Shown: one piece after another, positions 49,420 through 58,754 of the stretch
Layout: each line of letters starts with the position of its first letter
How positions within the stretch are numbered: the stretch's first letter is position 1
IMG/VR virus record: IMGVR_UViG_3300042544_003795
Location: 1 to 64,000 of that record
Origin: a virus
Direction: 5' to 3' (one strand)
DNA: 64,000 nt
The notes under the pieces: generated by a model
The model's input: the letters and a program-made list of their open reading frames with translations, nothing else
Databases searched by the model: none
What the model was told of the DNA's origin: nothing
Program-made: the position numbers and the translations under genes

Positions 49420-49603
49420 ATGATCGGTGTCCCCCTACTATAATCTAATCAGAAAAAGAATCAACACTTTTTTTCAATCTTTTTTCTTTTGTACCTGATC
49501 CCCTTAATAGAATCTAATTAGCAAATAGAAAAAGGGGACCCCCAGACACTCATCTGAAGATCCCCAATCCGGCTTTTTTATGAATAATTTTATGCCGAAA
49601 TTT

Positions 49604-50092
49604 TTATTCTTCTTCTACATACAGTACCTGATCTTCAAGACCGAGGTTCTCAAGAATCTTCATCCCCACAATATCTGTGGCGAAGAAATCTTCCTCCTCG
49701 ATTAGTTCTCCGTCCCGAAAGGTTTCCGTTCCTACAAAATTGATCCCCTCATCAGCGAATTGATTAAAGAAAGTTAAGGAGGGAAATAGAGCGCTTACAT
49801 TCTCAAGAAAAACAGTCGGCGGATTCCAGCAGCTCATAAAAGGAATCACAGCTTTGTCGTCGAAGATTTCCCACGGGGTACTGTCGTCGTTATAAGGATC
49901 ATATTCAGTTCCCCAGTTCTCCAGCTTCCAATCATTAATCTTTAAAGGCAATTCATTTTTTAATTCTTCCGGTACAGGAAGTAGAGCTTCGAAGGAGAAG
50001 ATAGCTTCTTCTTTTGCTGATTTAGAAATGAACTCCCGAATATCAAAATCAGGACCATAAACTTGCAAAATATTATAAACGTATTGAGGCAT
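49604..50092 (-). CDS. YubB/DUF1281-like ferredoxin-fold protein
   Basis: MP....N.L, W..ENWGT.YD, F.S.W.PP. Confidence 0.7.
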   Translation of the reverse strand: MPQYVYNILQVYGPDFDIREFISKSAKEEAIFSFEALLPVPEELKNELPLKINDWKLENWGTEYDPYNDDSTPWEIFDDKAVIPFMSCWNPPTVFLENVSALFPSLTFFNQFADEGINFVGTETFRDGELIEEEDFFATDIVGMKILENLGLEDQVLYVEEE

Positions 50093-50184
50093 ATTGTTAT
50101 ATTATGTTATTAAGGGCTGAAACTCTTGCAACTTTATTTTTTTATTATTAAGTAAAAATCTCTTCGAAGTTAATATTATTGTTA

Positions 50185-50457
50185 TTAAGTTTCAAGCATT
50201 TCGAAATCTCCAGTCGGATTCGGAGCCCAAGAAATATATCCACCCCAAAATTTTTTCGCGTTATTAATAAAACTACTTAATTCTTTTGATTTTTTAGATT
50301 CTCTAAATCCAGCGTTAGATATATAAGGAGTTCCATTCTCTACCCATTTTTCCCGACTTGCGACGGAATCAAAACGGAAAACTCTCCACAAAGGTTTAAC
50401 CTCGTCCCATACATCCTTTCCATAAACCCACTGCACTGCATAATGATATTTTTTCAT
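50185..50457 (-). CDS. Hypothetical protein
   Basis: 90 aa ORF flanked by solo satellite cores. Confidence 0.6.
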   Translation of the reverse strand: MKKYHYAVQWVYGKDVWDEVKPLWRVFRFDSVASREKWVENGTPYISNAGFRESKKSKELSSFINNAKKFWGGYISWAPNPTGDFEMLET

Positions 50458-50495
50458 TTTTTATTATTAAGTAAAAATCTCTTCGAAGTTGAATA

Positions 50496-50816
50496 TTAAC
50501 CCTTCTTACCTCCAAATAAAGCTGCATCTGGACCGTTGTCAAATGAAATTTCATCCCCAGTCCTCAAGGCTTCGTCAAAACTTTGCTGATCAGGAAGAAG
50601 TTCCGCTGGCTCAGATTGCATCTGAGGACCCTGTGTTTCATACATCATATTATTATTAATTGTGTTATTAACGATCTCTTTCTCTTGGAAGTTGTAAGAA
50701 TAAAACAAAGTATATTTCTTATCAGGAAGCCGGGATTCAATACTATAAATCCAAACTAAAGAACAAGACTGAGAAATCAAAAGGAATACTATTGCTGATT
50801 GTTTTAATGTAAACAT
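50496..50816 (-). CDS. Membrane-anchored hypothetical protein
   Basis: N-terminal hydrophobic helix. Confidence 0.6.
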   Translation of the reverse strand: MFTLKQSAIVFLLISQSCSLVWIYSIESRLPDKKYTLFYSYNFQEKEIVNNTINNNMMYETQGPQMQSEPAELLPDQQSFDEALRTGDEISFDNGPDAALFGGKKG

Positions 50817-50976
50817 AATTTAAGATTTAAGCCCCCAAATAGCCCCAATTACAAAGCAAAATAAAATAAGGTACATATCCATTCTATATATTTGATTTTT
50901 GGTTAATCATAGAGACTCCAGTATACAGCCCCAAGATCAGCCGTCAAGAATTTTTTTTGAAAATTTTTCTTTAAAC

Positions 50977-51015
50977 AAAAAAACCCGCCCCTTTATTAAG
51001 AGAGCGGGAAAAAAA
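50977..51015 (-). terminator. Rho-independent terminator
   Basis: CCCGC...GCGGG hairpin with a T-run on the minus strand. Confidence 0.6.
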
Positions 51016-51041
51016 TGAATTACTTTTTATTAAATGGTTTA

Positions 51042-51542
51042 TTAGAACCCAACAGAAACGCCGACTCGGAAAGTCACATCATCGACTTCCTCACCGAAAT
51101 TATATACAGCATCACCAAATGCGCTCACTGTAGATGTCAAGTTGTATCGGACCCCACCACCAGCTCCGACATGCCAGTCTTCGCTTTCAAAACCGTATCC
51201 AAAGCCGACAAGGCCATAGACATCTAGCTTTTCAGCAACTGGCAAATAAACAATAGCGTTAGTGCCAAGCTTGAATTCCGTCTCACCATCCAAATCAAGA
51301 ATAGCTGAATTCAATTCAAGGCTTACATTCTTGGCCACTGGAACTTCAATCGCTAGACCGCCGCCCCAAGCAGTATCAACATCATCTAGTTCACTGACAA
51401 CCGAGGTGCCATAGAACTTAGCTGAGAAGTCAACCTCTTGAACTTGAGGAATACTAATAGTAGGTACTAGAGTGGATACGCCAGCAAATGTCTGGGAGAC
51501 TGTGGCAATAGCCGCTAGTAGCAATGTAGTTAGTTTAATCAT
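51042..51542 (-). CDS. Outer-membrane beta-barrel protein (OmpA/Ail/Lom-like)
   Basis: Signal peptide, alternating beta strands, YGLVG.GY, GGGVRY, C-terminal Phe. Confidence 0.8.
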   Translation of the reverse strand: MIKLTTLLLAAIATVSQTFAGVSTLVPTISIPQVQEVDFSAKFYGTSVVSELDDVDTAWGGGLAIEVPVAKNVSLELNSAILDLDGETEFKLGTNAIVYLPVAEKLDVYGLVGFGYGFESEDWHVGAGGGVRYNLTSTVSAFGDAVYNFGEEVDDVTFRVGVSVGF

Positions 51543-51641
51543 CTTATTATTATTGTTTTTTTTATTCTGGGCTCATCCCAGAAACTCTTATTACGCTTTA
51601 TACAAAACGAACTTGAAATTATTAATCAGAAGTAAATACAA

Positions 51642-51932
51642 TCAATTCATTAGTTTGTCTCCTGTCTCAGCAAAAAATACTTCTATCTCTAATGGATCAG
51701 AAAGAAATGCCCCCACTTCAAATGCGCTTATTAAGGCCTCCTCAGGGCTCAACTCAAAAATAGTATTACCATCCTCATTAGATAAATACAAATCCTTATC
51801 AAAAAGATTAACTAAACTATAGGTACATCCTTCTCCCCTTTCTGAAAATGTATCAAAAGGACAATTGTCAAATGTCCAATAAGGATACTGAACATTAGGT
51901 AAAGGCATAGTCAAAATAATATTATTAAACAT
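51642..51932 (-). CDS. Acidic hypothetical protein
   Basis: 96 aa ORF. Confidence 0.55.
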   Translation of the reverse strand: MFNNIILTMPLPNVQYPYWTFDNCPFDTFSERGEGCTYSLVNLFDKDLYLSNEDGNTIFELSPEEALISAFEVGAFLSDPLEIEVFFAETGDKLMN

Positions 51933-52850
51933 AAAATCTGGTAGCTATTTACTCCTTACACCAAATTAGAAAAATAACGATGACTAATAGTAAGAATATC
52001 ATTATCTCTTATTAAGTAAAAACAACTCTTGCAACTGAAAATAAAATTTGCCCTATCATTTCTGATTTAAAGGCCGGGCCAGCCTCAACAACAACAACAC
52101 AACAGGTGCTGCAAATCACTATGAACAAAATTAGTCTACCACACCTTCCCGTCTTGTCAAATCTTCTTTTGATATTTCTTCTTCTTAAATCAGGAGAAAA
52201 ACCTTTACCTACTTTCCTTTATATTATTAACCCTTCCTTTATATTCCTTTTTGTGTCCAGCCCTATACATATATATACATATATTCACGTAAGCATACAT
52301 GACGCCCACATAGATGTATTACATAATCCTTTATACAAATAAAGAGTTATATGCCATAACTAGTGTTCGCAATAACCTTTTCATGCCATTTTATATACTT
52401 TTCCTAGGGGGTAAATACAAATTATACCATTAGAAGCCGAGTATATACAAAGTATAGCCTATAATACATACAAAACAGCTTCTGATAATGGAAAATTCAA
52501 AATATGGGACAAAAAATGGCTGCATTTCTGAAGAAAAAGGATGTTATTATTGTTTTTTTTACGTGGACGACACTATTTTTACATCAAATCTACCCAATTC
52601 ACCTACATAAAACCTTTTTTATATATATATATCTTTATACTACTCTACTATTATGTTTTAGATTAGGGTTAAATGGGTTTTATTTGGATTTATTGGGTTT
52701 GAATGCATTTTATTTAGCGTGCAAGCCGCGAAACAGCATACTCGTCATTCAAACCTGAAAAATGTTTACTATTATCTATAGAGTATTTAAAATTATCTAT
52801 TATATACTTTATTGTATATTTAGCCTTTTTTATTTTCTATTCTTGTATTA

Positions 52851-53075
52851 TTATGTTTGGTGTAATTTTCCTTCTTGTTCGGTACCGTACCAGTGATGAC
52901 GGTAGACTAACTGACTAAGCTGCATCTGCTCGCTCTCTAGCAACTTAGCGTCTTCTAATCGACCTTCACGATAAGCGTTGGCTTTGTCCTTTTTAATCTG
53001 ATGCAGCCGGGCAGCAAGGCCTCTGATCATTGATTTGACCTTTGCTCGACGATCTCTTTCAGCTATTGATATCAT
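52851..53075 (-). CDS. Hypothetical protein
   Basis: 74 aa ORF, TATAAT just upstream. Confidence 0.6.
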   Translation of the reverse strand: MISIAERDRRAKVKSMIRGLAARLHQIKKDKANAYREGRLEDAKLLESEQMQLSQLVYRHHWYGTEQEGKLHQT

Positions 53076-53115
53076 ATTATTATATCGTATATCAGAGTTC
53101 GTTATTTATACCACT

Positions 53116-53391
53116 CTAGTAGTTCTGAAAAGGTCCATATGGCTTGAAATTTTCAGGTTTTTTAGGCTCTGCACTCTTATAAGGGAATTCAGGGAGATCC
53201 ATCCACGCTAAAATTACATTATCTTTATTAGGATAAATATTTTCATTTGTACTTTCCCATATATCATCTCCACCTTCATTTGATTTAAGGTATTTAACAA
53301 TATCGTACCCTTCTGGGCCGTCAGTCGTATTGCCCCATACTATTAAGATTTCTCTATTTTTAGGGATAGTTGTAATAGGTTTCCATTTCAT
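53116..53391 (-). CDS. DUF551-like small protein
   Basis: W.PI.T.P...AWM.LP. Confidence 0.65.
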   Translation of the reverse strand: MKWKPITTIPKNREILIVWGNTTDGPEGYDIVKYLKSNEGGDDIWESTNENIYPNKDNVILAWMDLPEFPYKSAEPKKPENFKPYGPFQNY

Positions 53392-53396
53392 AATAT

Positions 53397-53831
53397 CTAT
53401 TTATTAATATACTGTTTTGCTATCATTTGATAGTATGCATCTAATAGATCTAATGTATGTTTTAAATTCTTTTCATTTAAATAAAGTGAATGTAGCCTAT
53501 CAGCTTCGGGTGAAAGCGCGCCATATTGAGACATTACCGCTTTATTAATGTTCTTTTTTATTTCGTCTGTATCATCGCCTCTCAGAATATTATTGATCAA
53601 CTCCTGAGTACTTCGATTTTCCATCGCCGCGAGTTTGTTCACCACGATCATAATGGCCTCAGATGAATCCGGCGCTGTTGTGTCTATCGGGAAAACCAAT
53701 TGACGACGCTCGAATTTTGGGTTTGTCATCACGTAAAGCCGATCTTTCTCGGCCTCATTGAGCAAAACCCACCCTTGGTTTTCCGCGTAGTCTCGCAGGT
53801 CAGTGGGAGAAATGAGTGTTTCAAGATTCAT
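53397..53831 (-). CDS. Hypothetical protein
   Basis: 144 aa ORF, GC-richer N-terminal half. Confidence 0.6.
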   Translation of the reverse strand: MNLETLISPTDLRDYAENQGWVLLNEAEKDRLYVMTNPKFERRQLVFPIDTTAPDSSEAIMIVVNKLAAMENRSTQELINNILRGDDTDEIKKNINKAVMSQYGALSPEADRLHSLYLNEKNLKHTLDLLDAYYQMIAKQYINK

Positions 53832-53983
53832 AATAAGGTTTCAGTAATAGTCTTCTGACAGTATTCTATAGATGTATCGTCAATGTACAAAATATATTTT
53901 GCTTCACGTTCTATTGTCAGATCGTTATAATCTATTTTCTTTGGAGGTAATTTTATTAGCATATTTATTATATCAGATTTACT

Positions 53984-54328
53984 TTAAACTTCAATTCCGC
54001 GATTTTTAAGAAATACCTCAACCTCTAATAGATTATGTTGTGGCAAACGATGAGGATCTAATACGTAATCATGCATCTGTTGCATAACTGATAAAACTTG
54101 AATATTTACATCTTTCACCTCGTCTTTTAGGCAATCAGGATACTCTTGCAATAATGACTCTACATTAGGAAAGTCCTCCATTGAATTATTATACTTATCA
54201 GGTTTAATCCATCTCCCAATGGCGCAATAGTGAACGCCGCACTTATACATCGGTCCCATCTCTGCGATGCGACTAGAATCTGCGCAGTAATACTCAATAG
54301 TATCTTTAATAAATTCTTTATTAGTCAT
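53984..54328 (-). CDS. Hypothetical protein
   Basis: CAIGR.I...Q.MHD motif. Confidence 0.65.
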   Translation of the reverse strand: MTNKEFIKDTIEYYCADSSRIAEMGPMYKCGVHYCAIGRWIKPDKYNNSMEDFPNVESLLQEYPDCLKDEVKDVNIQVLSVMQQMHDYVLDPHRLPQHNLLEVEVFLKNRGIEV

Positions 54329-54343
54329 AATTTAGCGTATAGT

Positions 54344-54652
54344 TTAAGAGAAAAATAAATTACACCATCTGATTGCGTCAATTGGATTTTCAAATGATTC
54401 ATGTGCCAATTGAATCTTATTTGAATCTGCTGGCACGTGCGCAGGATACCATTTGCCATCATTATTTAGTTGAGCCCCATATGATCCGAATGATCCTTCT
54501 TTGCTCAAATAATTTCCAACTGATTCTAGATATGTTCCATCATTGGCTTTCCATTGGTAAGTACGACGATCTATCATGGCACCTGAGTGTGAATTTTCAG
54601 TTGCATTCCAATCGTAACGATGAGTTTCGATGACAATAGTTTCTTCATTCAT
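54344..54652 (-). CDS. Hypothetical protein (paralog of 57058)
   Basis: IVI..H.Y.WN.TENS...GA...GKW.P. Confidence 0.7.
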   Translation of the reverse strand: MNEETIVIETHRYDWNATENSHSGAMIDRRTYQWKANDGTYLESVGNYLSKEGSFGSYGAQLNNDGKWYPAHVPADSNKIQLAHESFENPIDAIRWCNLFFS

Positions 54653-54873
54653 ACTGCTTTATAATGCTTTAATTTATAGTTTTCTGCTTCAAGCAAAGTA
54701 AATCCATAACTAGCTACCGCGTAGCTATCTTCCTGTACAAAACCACTTCCGCCGACAAAGACAGAAACCTCAAGATATGGATTATCTACAGATTCTTCTG
54801 TGTGATGAATCGCTATTACACGATACACTTCATTTGAATCGGTGAAAATGTCGCCTATTGATACGTTGTGCAT
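54649..54873 (-). CDS. Hypothetical protein
   Basis: 74 aa ORF after AACTCTGATATAAT. Confidence 0.6.
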   Translation of the reverse strand: MHNVSIGDIFTDSNEVYRVIAIHHTEESVDNPYLEVSVFVGGSGFVQEDSYAVASYGFTLLEAENYKLKHYKAV

Positions 54874-54893
54874 ATTATTATATCAGAGTTGCT

Positions 54894-55094
54894 TTACCAA
54901 GCTGGTCGATATTGTGATAGCGACAGCCAGTGAGTTGGAGTGAAAAAACTAAGCTGATCCTCTGGGTTGATCATCCAGCGGCCCGCATCATAATGGATGA
55001 CTTGTCCACCGTACCGTAACCGCCCTTCTACTAGAAGAGCCACTACGATAGGTGTACCATCTTTTGGAGCTGTATCAATTGGTTGCCAGTTCAT
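54894..55094 (-). CDS. DUF551-like small protein
   Basis: WQPIDTAPKDGT...PTHW. Confidence 0.7.
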   Translation of the reverse strand: MNWQPIDTAPKDGTPIVVALLVEGRLRYGGQVIHYDAGRWMINPEDQLSFFTPTHWLSLSQYRPAW

Positions 55095-55146
55095 AACTTT
55101 ATTATATCACAGGTCACGAACAAAGCAAAGAATATTTTATTTTTTA

Positions 55147-55464
55147 TCAAATAAACTTTTCATCTTTTTCATAAATGCGACTAAATATTTCCTTTGTAGG
55201 ACCAATCAAGACTGGATATGTATCGTATACATTATTCTTTGAAAATTCCTCATTAACTTGATACCATCCTAATGGCTCTGTTGCACCTTCGACCCCTAGA
55301 GCAGTAATATATCCGCCTGTTGCTACATTAACCCTCTCCCATGTGCCTAAAGGTAGATTAGCCATCTTTTCGGGACCTCCAATCAATTTATAAGGATTAA
55401 GCTGATAGAGTTCAGCATCAGCAAAGAAGTAAATGTAATCAGCTTTAATGGGTTTGACTTTCAT
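55147..55464 (-). CDS. Hypothetical protein
   Basis: 105 aa ORF with own promoter. Confidence 0.6.
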   Translation of the reverse strand: MKVKPIKADYIYFFADAELYQLNPYKLIGGPEKMANLPLGTWERVNVATGGYITALGVEGATEPLGWYQVNEEFSKNNVYDTYPVLIGPTKEIFSRIYEKDEKFI

Positions 55465-55563
55465 ACTATTATTATATCACACGCTGTGAGAAGCACAACA
55501 GATATTTTTGGATTTTTTCTCCTTCTTCCGTTAGCTCCCAGAGACTAGAGGAAGAATGATAAC

Positions 55564-55917
55564 TCATGGTTTCTCTAGTTTTTCAACTAAATCTGACAAT
55601 TTTCCAATAATTTCAAAGCCTTCCTCTTTTGCGTCATTTTTCCATTCATCGCTAGGCAAAATAAGAATATGCAGATCATTATAACCTTTGACACGAGCCA
55701 AATATGTGCTTTGACCCCAAAAATTTAAAACAGCAGCATATCCACTCATGGCACTGCGGATATTTACGCCAGATGAGCCTTTGTTATCTTTTACGATGAC
55801 TTGAGCGTGTGATGATATGATGTCCATTTTGTTTAATTTTTTATTAACAGTAATAGCCCTCTTTGTCTTTTCCGAGGTTGTCAAGCGCGTCTCGCATCTC
55901 CGCTTTAACTTCTTCAA
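55564..55917 (-). CDS. Hypothetical protein (true start probably the later MDIISS)
   Basis: ORF; annotated N-terminus overlaps upstream gene. Confidence 0.5.
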   Translation of the reverse strand: MKKLKRRCETRLTTSEKTKRAITVNKKLNKMDIISSHAQVIVKDNKGSSGVNIRSAMSGYAAVLNFWGQSTYLARVKGYNDLHILILPSDEWKNDAKEEGFEIIGKLSDLVEKLEKP

Positions 55918-56188
55918 TGATTTGCTCTCTCATCTTCTTCCTATCCATTGCTCCGGTACGCTGACCAGCTAAGAAAGCTTCCTGTAAGGCTTTCTCGGTG
56001 TAGTATGTGGTGTCTTTGCCATCGACCTTTAGTAATATATCTTTGTGACCACGCTCTTCCATCAGCCTACCGACATAGTAGGTCATGTGGATGTCGTGTT
56101 GAGTCTCCTTGTAGGTAGCAAGTGGATCACCATAGCTGGCGAACAAACGGTCTTCAAGATCTTTTATCATTTTAAGTACATCGCTCAT
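55844..56188 (-). CDS. Hypothetical protein
   Basis: 114 aa ORF after AACTCTAATATAAT. Confidence 0.65.
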   Translation of the reverse strand: MSDVLKMIKDLEDRLFASYGDPLATYKETQHDIHMTYYVGRLMEERGHKDILLKVDGKDTTYYTEKALQEAFLAGQRTGAMDRKKMREQIIEEVKAEMRDALDNLGKDKEGYYC

Positions 56189-56211
56189 ATTATTATTATA
56201 TTAGAGTTCCT

Positions 56212-56376
56212 TTAGCCTAGACAGATCTGTTCTGTACCCGTTACCGATGACCGGTACGCCATTAACCATTCTCTTGTGTTGTTCGCGACTACAATATTCG
56301 GATACTTGGACATGAGCTTATTAAATTCTTTTTTGAATTTTTCTAACTCTTTTATAGCTTCTTCATCTTTTATCAT
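56212..56376 (-). CDS. Small paralog family H, copy 1
   Basis: EEA.KELE.FK..F.KLM..YPN; start at 56376 after TATAAT. Confidence 0.7.
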   Translation of the reverse strand: MIKDEEAIKELEKFKKEFNKLMSKYPNIVVANNTREWLMAYRSSVTGTEQICLG

Positions 56377-56404
56377 ACTATTATTATATCGGAGTCCCTT
56401 TAAA

Positions 56405-56647
56405 TCACTTCGTTCTATTAGCCAAAGATTCAATTCCGTCAGCGATGATTCGAGCCAGATCCCTCATGCAAGTTCGACACACTTCTTCAGCAATATAGGT
56501 GTTGGCTTGGTGTTGTCCGTTGAATCGACCCATAGGGTTCTGACAACTACAGTGCGTCATAATTGTAAGGCGTTGAGGTACATCTTCCCAGCCGCGTTGA
56601 GGCATTTCTTCTTTGCAGATGTCACAAGAGATGATGGTTGTTTTCAT
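56405..56647 (-). CDS. Zinc-binding small protein
   Basis: CDIC...CRTC. Confidence 0.6.
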   Translation of the reverse strand: MKTTIISCDICKEEMPQRGWEDVPQRLTIMTHCSCQNPMGRFNGQHQANTYIAEEVCRTCMRDLARIIADGIESLANRTK

Positions 56648-56691
56648 GATTCAAAGAGGTGAAGTTTATTCATACTTTTATTATATCGGAG

Positions 56692-56856
56692 TTACCTTAC
56701 CTCTAAGCTTACCTTTGCATAGGTAATATTATGACAAGCTAATAAATAACCATCAATGTCCTCTGTTACGTAGAGATTAGGATATTCATTCATTAGCTTA
56801 TCAAACTTAATTTTGAATTCTTCTAACTCTTTAACAGCTTCTTCTTTAAATGTCAT
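56692..56856 (-). CDS. Small paralog family H, copy 2 (not in ORF track)
   Basis: MTFKEEAVKELEEFKIKFDKLMNEYPN. Confidence 0.7.
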   Translation of the reverse strand: MTFKEEAVKELEEFKIKFDKLMNEYPNLYVTEDIDGYLLACHNITYAKVSLEVR

Positions 56857-56878
56857 ATTATTATTATATTAAAGTTAC

Positions 56879-57037
56879 CTAACCCAAGCATACCTTTGCA
56901 TATTCAATATTATGATAAGCGATCAAATAACCATCATTGTCCTCTGTTACGGAAACATTAGGATATTCATTTATTAGCTTATCAAATTTGAGTTTGAATT
57001 CATCTAACTCTTTAGCAGCTTCTTCTTTTGGTGTCAT
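56879..57037 (-). CDS. Small paralog family H, copy 3 (not in ORF track)
   Basis: MTPKEEAAKELDEFKLKFDKLINEYPN. Confidence 0.7.
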   Translation of the reverse strand: MTPKEEAAKELDEFKLKFDKLINEYPNVSVTEDNDGYLIAYHNIEYAKVCLG

Positions 57038-57057
57038 ATTATTATATTAGAGTTACT

Positions 57058-57285
57058 TTATGTCCAGTAAGAATATGATCGTTTAATGGCAGACTCTAAA
57101 TCATCGAATGATTCACTCGCCAATTCAAAATCGCAACTTCCGTCGCCCCAGTATGACGGAACCCATTTTCCGTTCACTTCGGTAGCGCCGTGGGTGCCAC
57201 AAGAAGTCTCTTGGCCGAAATAAGAATTTTCGGTCTCATTCCATTCATATTCATGGTTATCAATTACAATGTTTTCTTTTTTCAT
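57058..57285 (-). CDS. Hypothetical protein (paralog of 54344)
   Basis: Start moved to MKKENIV at 57285 after TATAAT. Confidence 0.65.
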   Translation of the reverse strand: MKKENIVIDNHEYEWNETENSYFGQETSCGTHGATEVNGKWVPSYWGDGSCDFELASESFDDLESAIKRSYSYWT

Positions 57286-57289
57286 AAGA

Positions 57290-57604
57290 TTATATCGCAG
57301 GCTTATTAGATTGAAACGGATTTTTTCTATAAAATTCCACATCTGATCCAGCTTTGTCTATATACATAGAGTTAGCTATATCTGAGATTCTCAAGGCTTC
57401 AGAGTGGCATCTCTGATATTCAGCCAAGGCAGCCATACGTTGATCATACGCCTCCTTCGCTACCTGATCGCTTTTTCCTAGAGTGTTGATTTCCAAAGCG
57501 GCTTTCCAAGCCCTGTGAGCCTCAGCGGCTTTGATATTGGCTTTTGTACGCAGCTCCGAAATTTCGGACCATTCCATTTCTCTGAGTTTGGTTTCGTCGT
57601 TCAT
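57290..57604 (-). CDS. Helical hypothetical protein
   Basis: Ala-rich ORF with AAAATATCCGTTG promoter. Confidence 0.65.
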   Translation of the reverse strand: MNDETKLREMEWSEISELRTKANIKAAEAHRAWKAALEINTLGKSDQVAKEAYDQRMAALAEYQRCHSEALRISDIANSMYIDKAGSDVEFYRKNPFQSNKPAI

Positions 57605-57660
57605 ATTGATTCCTTAGTTTACCACAGGTTTATTAGATTGCAACGGATATTTTTGATTCT

Positions 57661-58041
57661 TTAAACCTCCTCTTCCGTCAGACTTTCGAAGCGCCAGACT
57701 TCCTCATCTGCTTCTGTAGCCTCTTTATATTTAGAATCTCTATCTTCACAGGCTTGTTCATATTTTTTGTAAGTTTGATAGTCTCCACCTTGATTGACTG
57801 TTTTACGGTAAGTGATGAAGGCTTTTTTCGTATTATCGTTAGCCGTCGCCCATCTGACCCAAGCTTCGGCGGCTTTCTCTTTCGCTTCTGCGAGTTTGGG
57901 TTCATTTTGGATGTCGAACCATACATCATAAGTTTTAGAAACTTGTTGTTTCGCTTCGTCGGTGCTGACAGTTAAGAAGTGGGCCTTGGCTGCTTCAAAC
58001 TCGGCTCTTGCTTGGTCAATTCTGTTTTGATAGTCGGTCAT
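57661..58041 (-). CDS. Helical hypothetical protein
   Basis: Ala/Glu-rich ORF with AAAATATCCGTTG promoter. Confidence 0.65.
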   Translation of the reverse strand: MTDYQNRIDQARAEFEAAKAHFLTVSTDEAKQQVSKTYDVWFDIQNEPKLAEAKEKAAEAWVRWATANDNTKKAFITYRKTVNQGGDYQTYKKYEQACEDRDSKYKEATEADEEVWRFESLTEEEV

Positions 58042-58098
58042 GTCCTTACTATAGGCGAGCGGTTCAGGAAAGCAACGGATATTTTCGATTCTTTTTAT

Positions 58099-58296
58099 TT
58101 ATTCTTGCCAGTTCTTAAGAGCTTCACTGCTTAGGCAAAAGCTACCTTTTTTCTTTTCTAGGGTTTCTTCGCTCCATGGCTTAGGACCCCAAGCGTTTTC
58201 AAAAGCTTCTTCTCGCGTTTGACCACTACCAAAAACGGTAGGTGCAGCAAATGGTCCAAGTACTCTCACTTCGTGGAATTTGTGTTCATCTGTCAT
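58099..58296 (-). CDS. Hypothetical protein (distantly like 39338)
   Basis: G.G.TR..A...AWGP resembles G.G.SR..A...AYGP. Confidence 0.55.
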   Translation of the reverse strand: MTDEHKFHEVRVLGPFAAPTVFGSGQTREEAFENAWGPKPWSEETLEKKKGSFCLSSEALKNWQE

Positions 58297-58317
58297 ACTA
58301 TTATTATAAAGTTTATT

Positions 58318-58524
58318 TTATTTCCAATCTGGAATAGGTAGCCATCCTAAGATCTTGTACCATTTATTTTCTAAGGTCTCTCCGTCCATACCTACATATA
58401 TATCAGGAGCAATACAAGACAAAACATCATAATAAATAAATTCTCTTCTTTCGTTTCCAATAGCAGCTAAAAACTCCCTATCCTGCGGAGCAGTCTCAAA
58501 CGGTTGCCATTCTTTATTAGTCAT
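58318..58524 (-). CDS. DUF551-like small protein
   Basis: WQPFETAPQD...GWLPIP. Confidence 0.65.
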   Translation of the reverse strand: MTNKEWQPFETAPQDREFLAAIGNERREFIYYDVLSCIAPDIYVGMDGETLENKWYKILGWLPIPDWK

Positions 58525-58754
58525 ATTAAGATGTTTAATAAGGATCTGTATTGTAATTTTTCCATATAAAAATTTTTTTTTCGCATCGTCTGCAATACTT
58601 CCTTTTGCCTCTATCCTGTATAGAAGATCGGCACTTTGTACTGCATGTCAAGCAACGAAATCGACGACTTGGAAGTTTTTCACCTTCGCTGGAAATTTTC
58701 GATAAACTAAGAATAAATTTAAAAAATTGTTTTATTATTCTCATTTTTATAAAA

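Noticed and set aside
52106-52758. Two plus-strand ORFs in the AT-rich gap
   Set aside because: Low complexity, opposite to all neighbours, no promoter match
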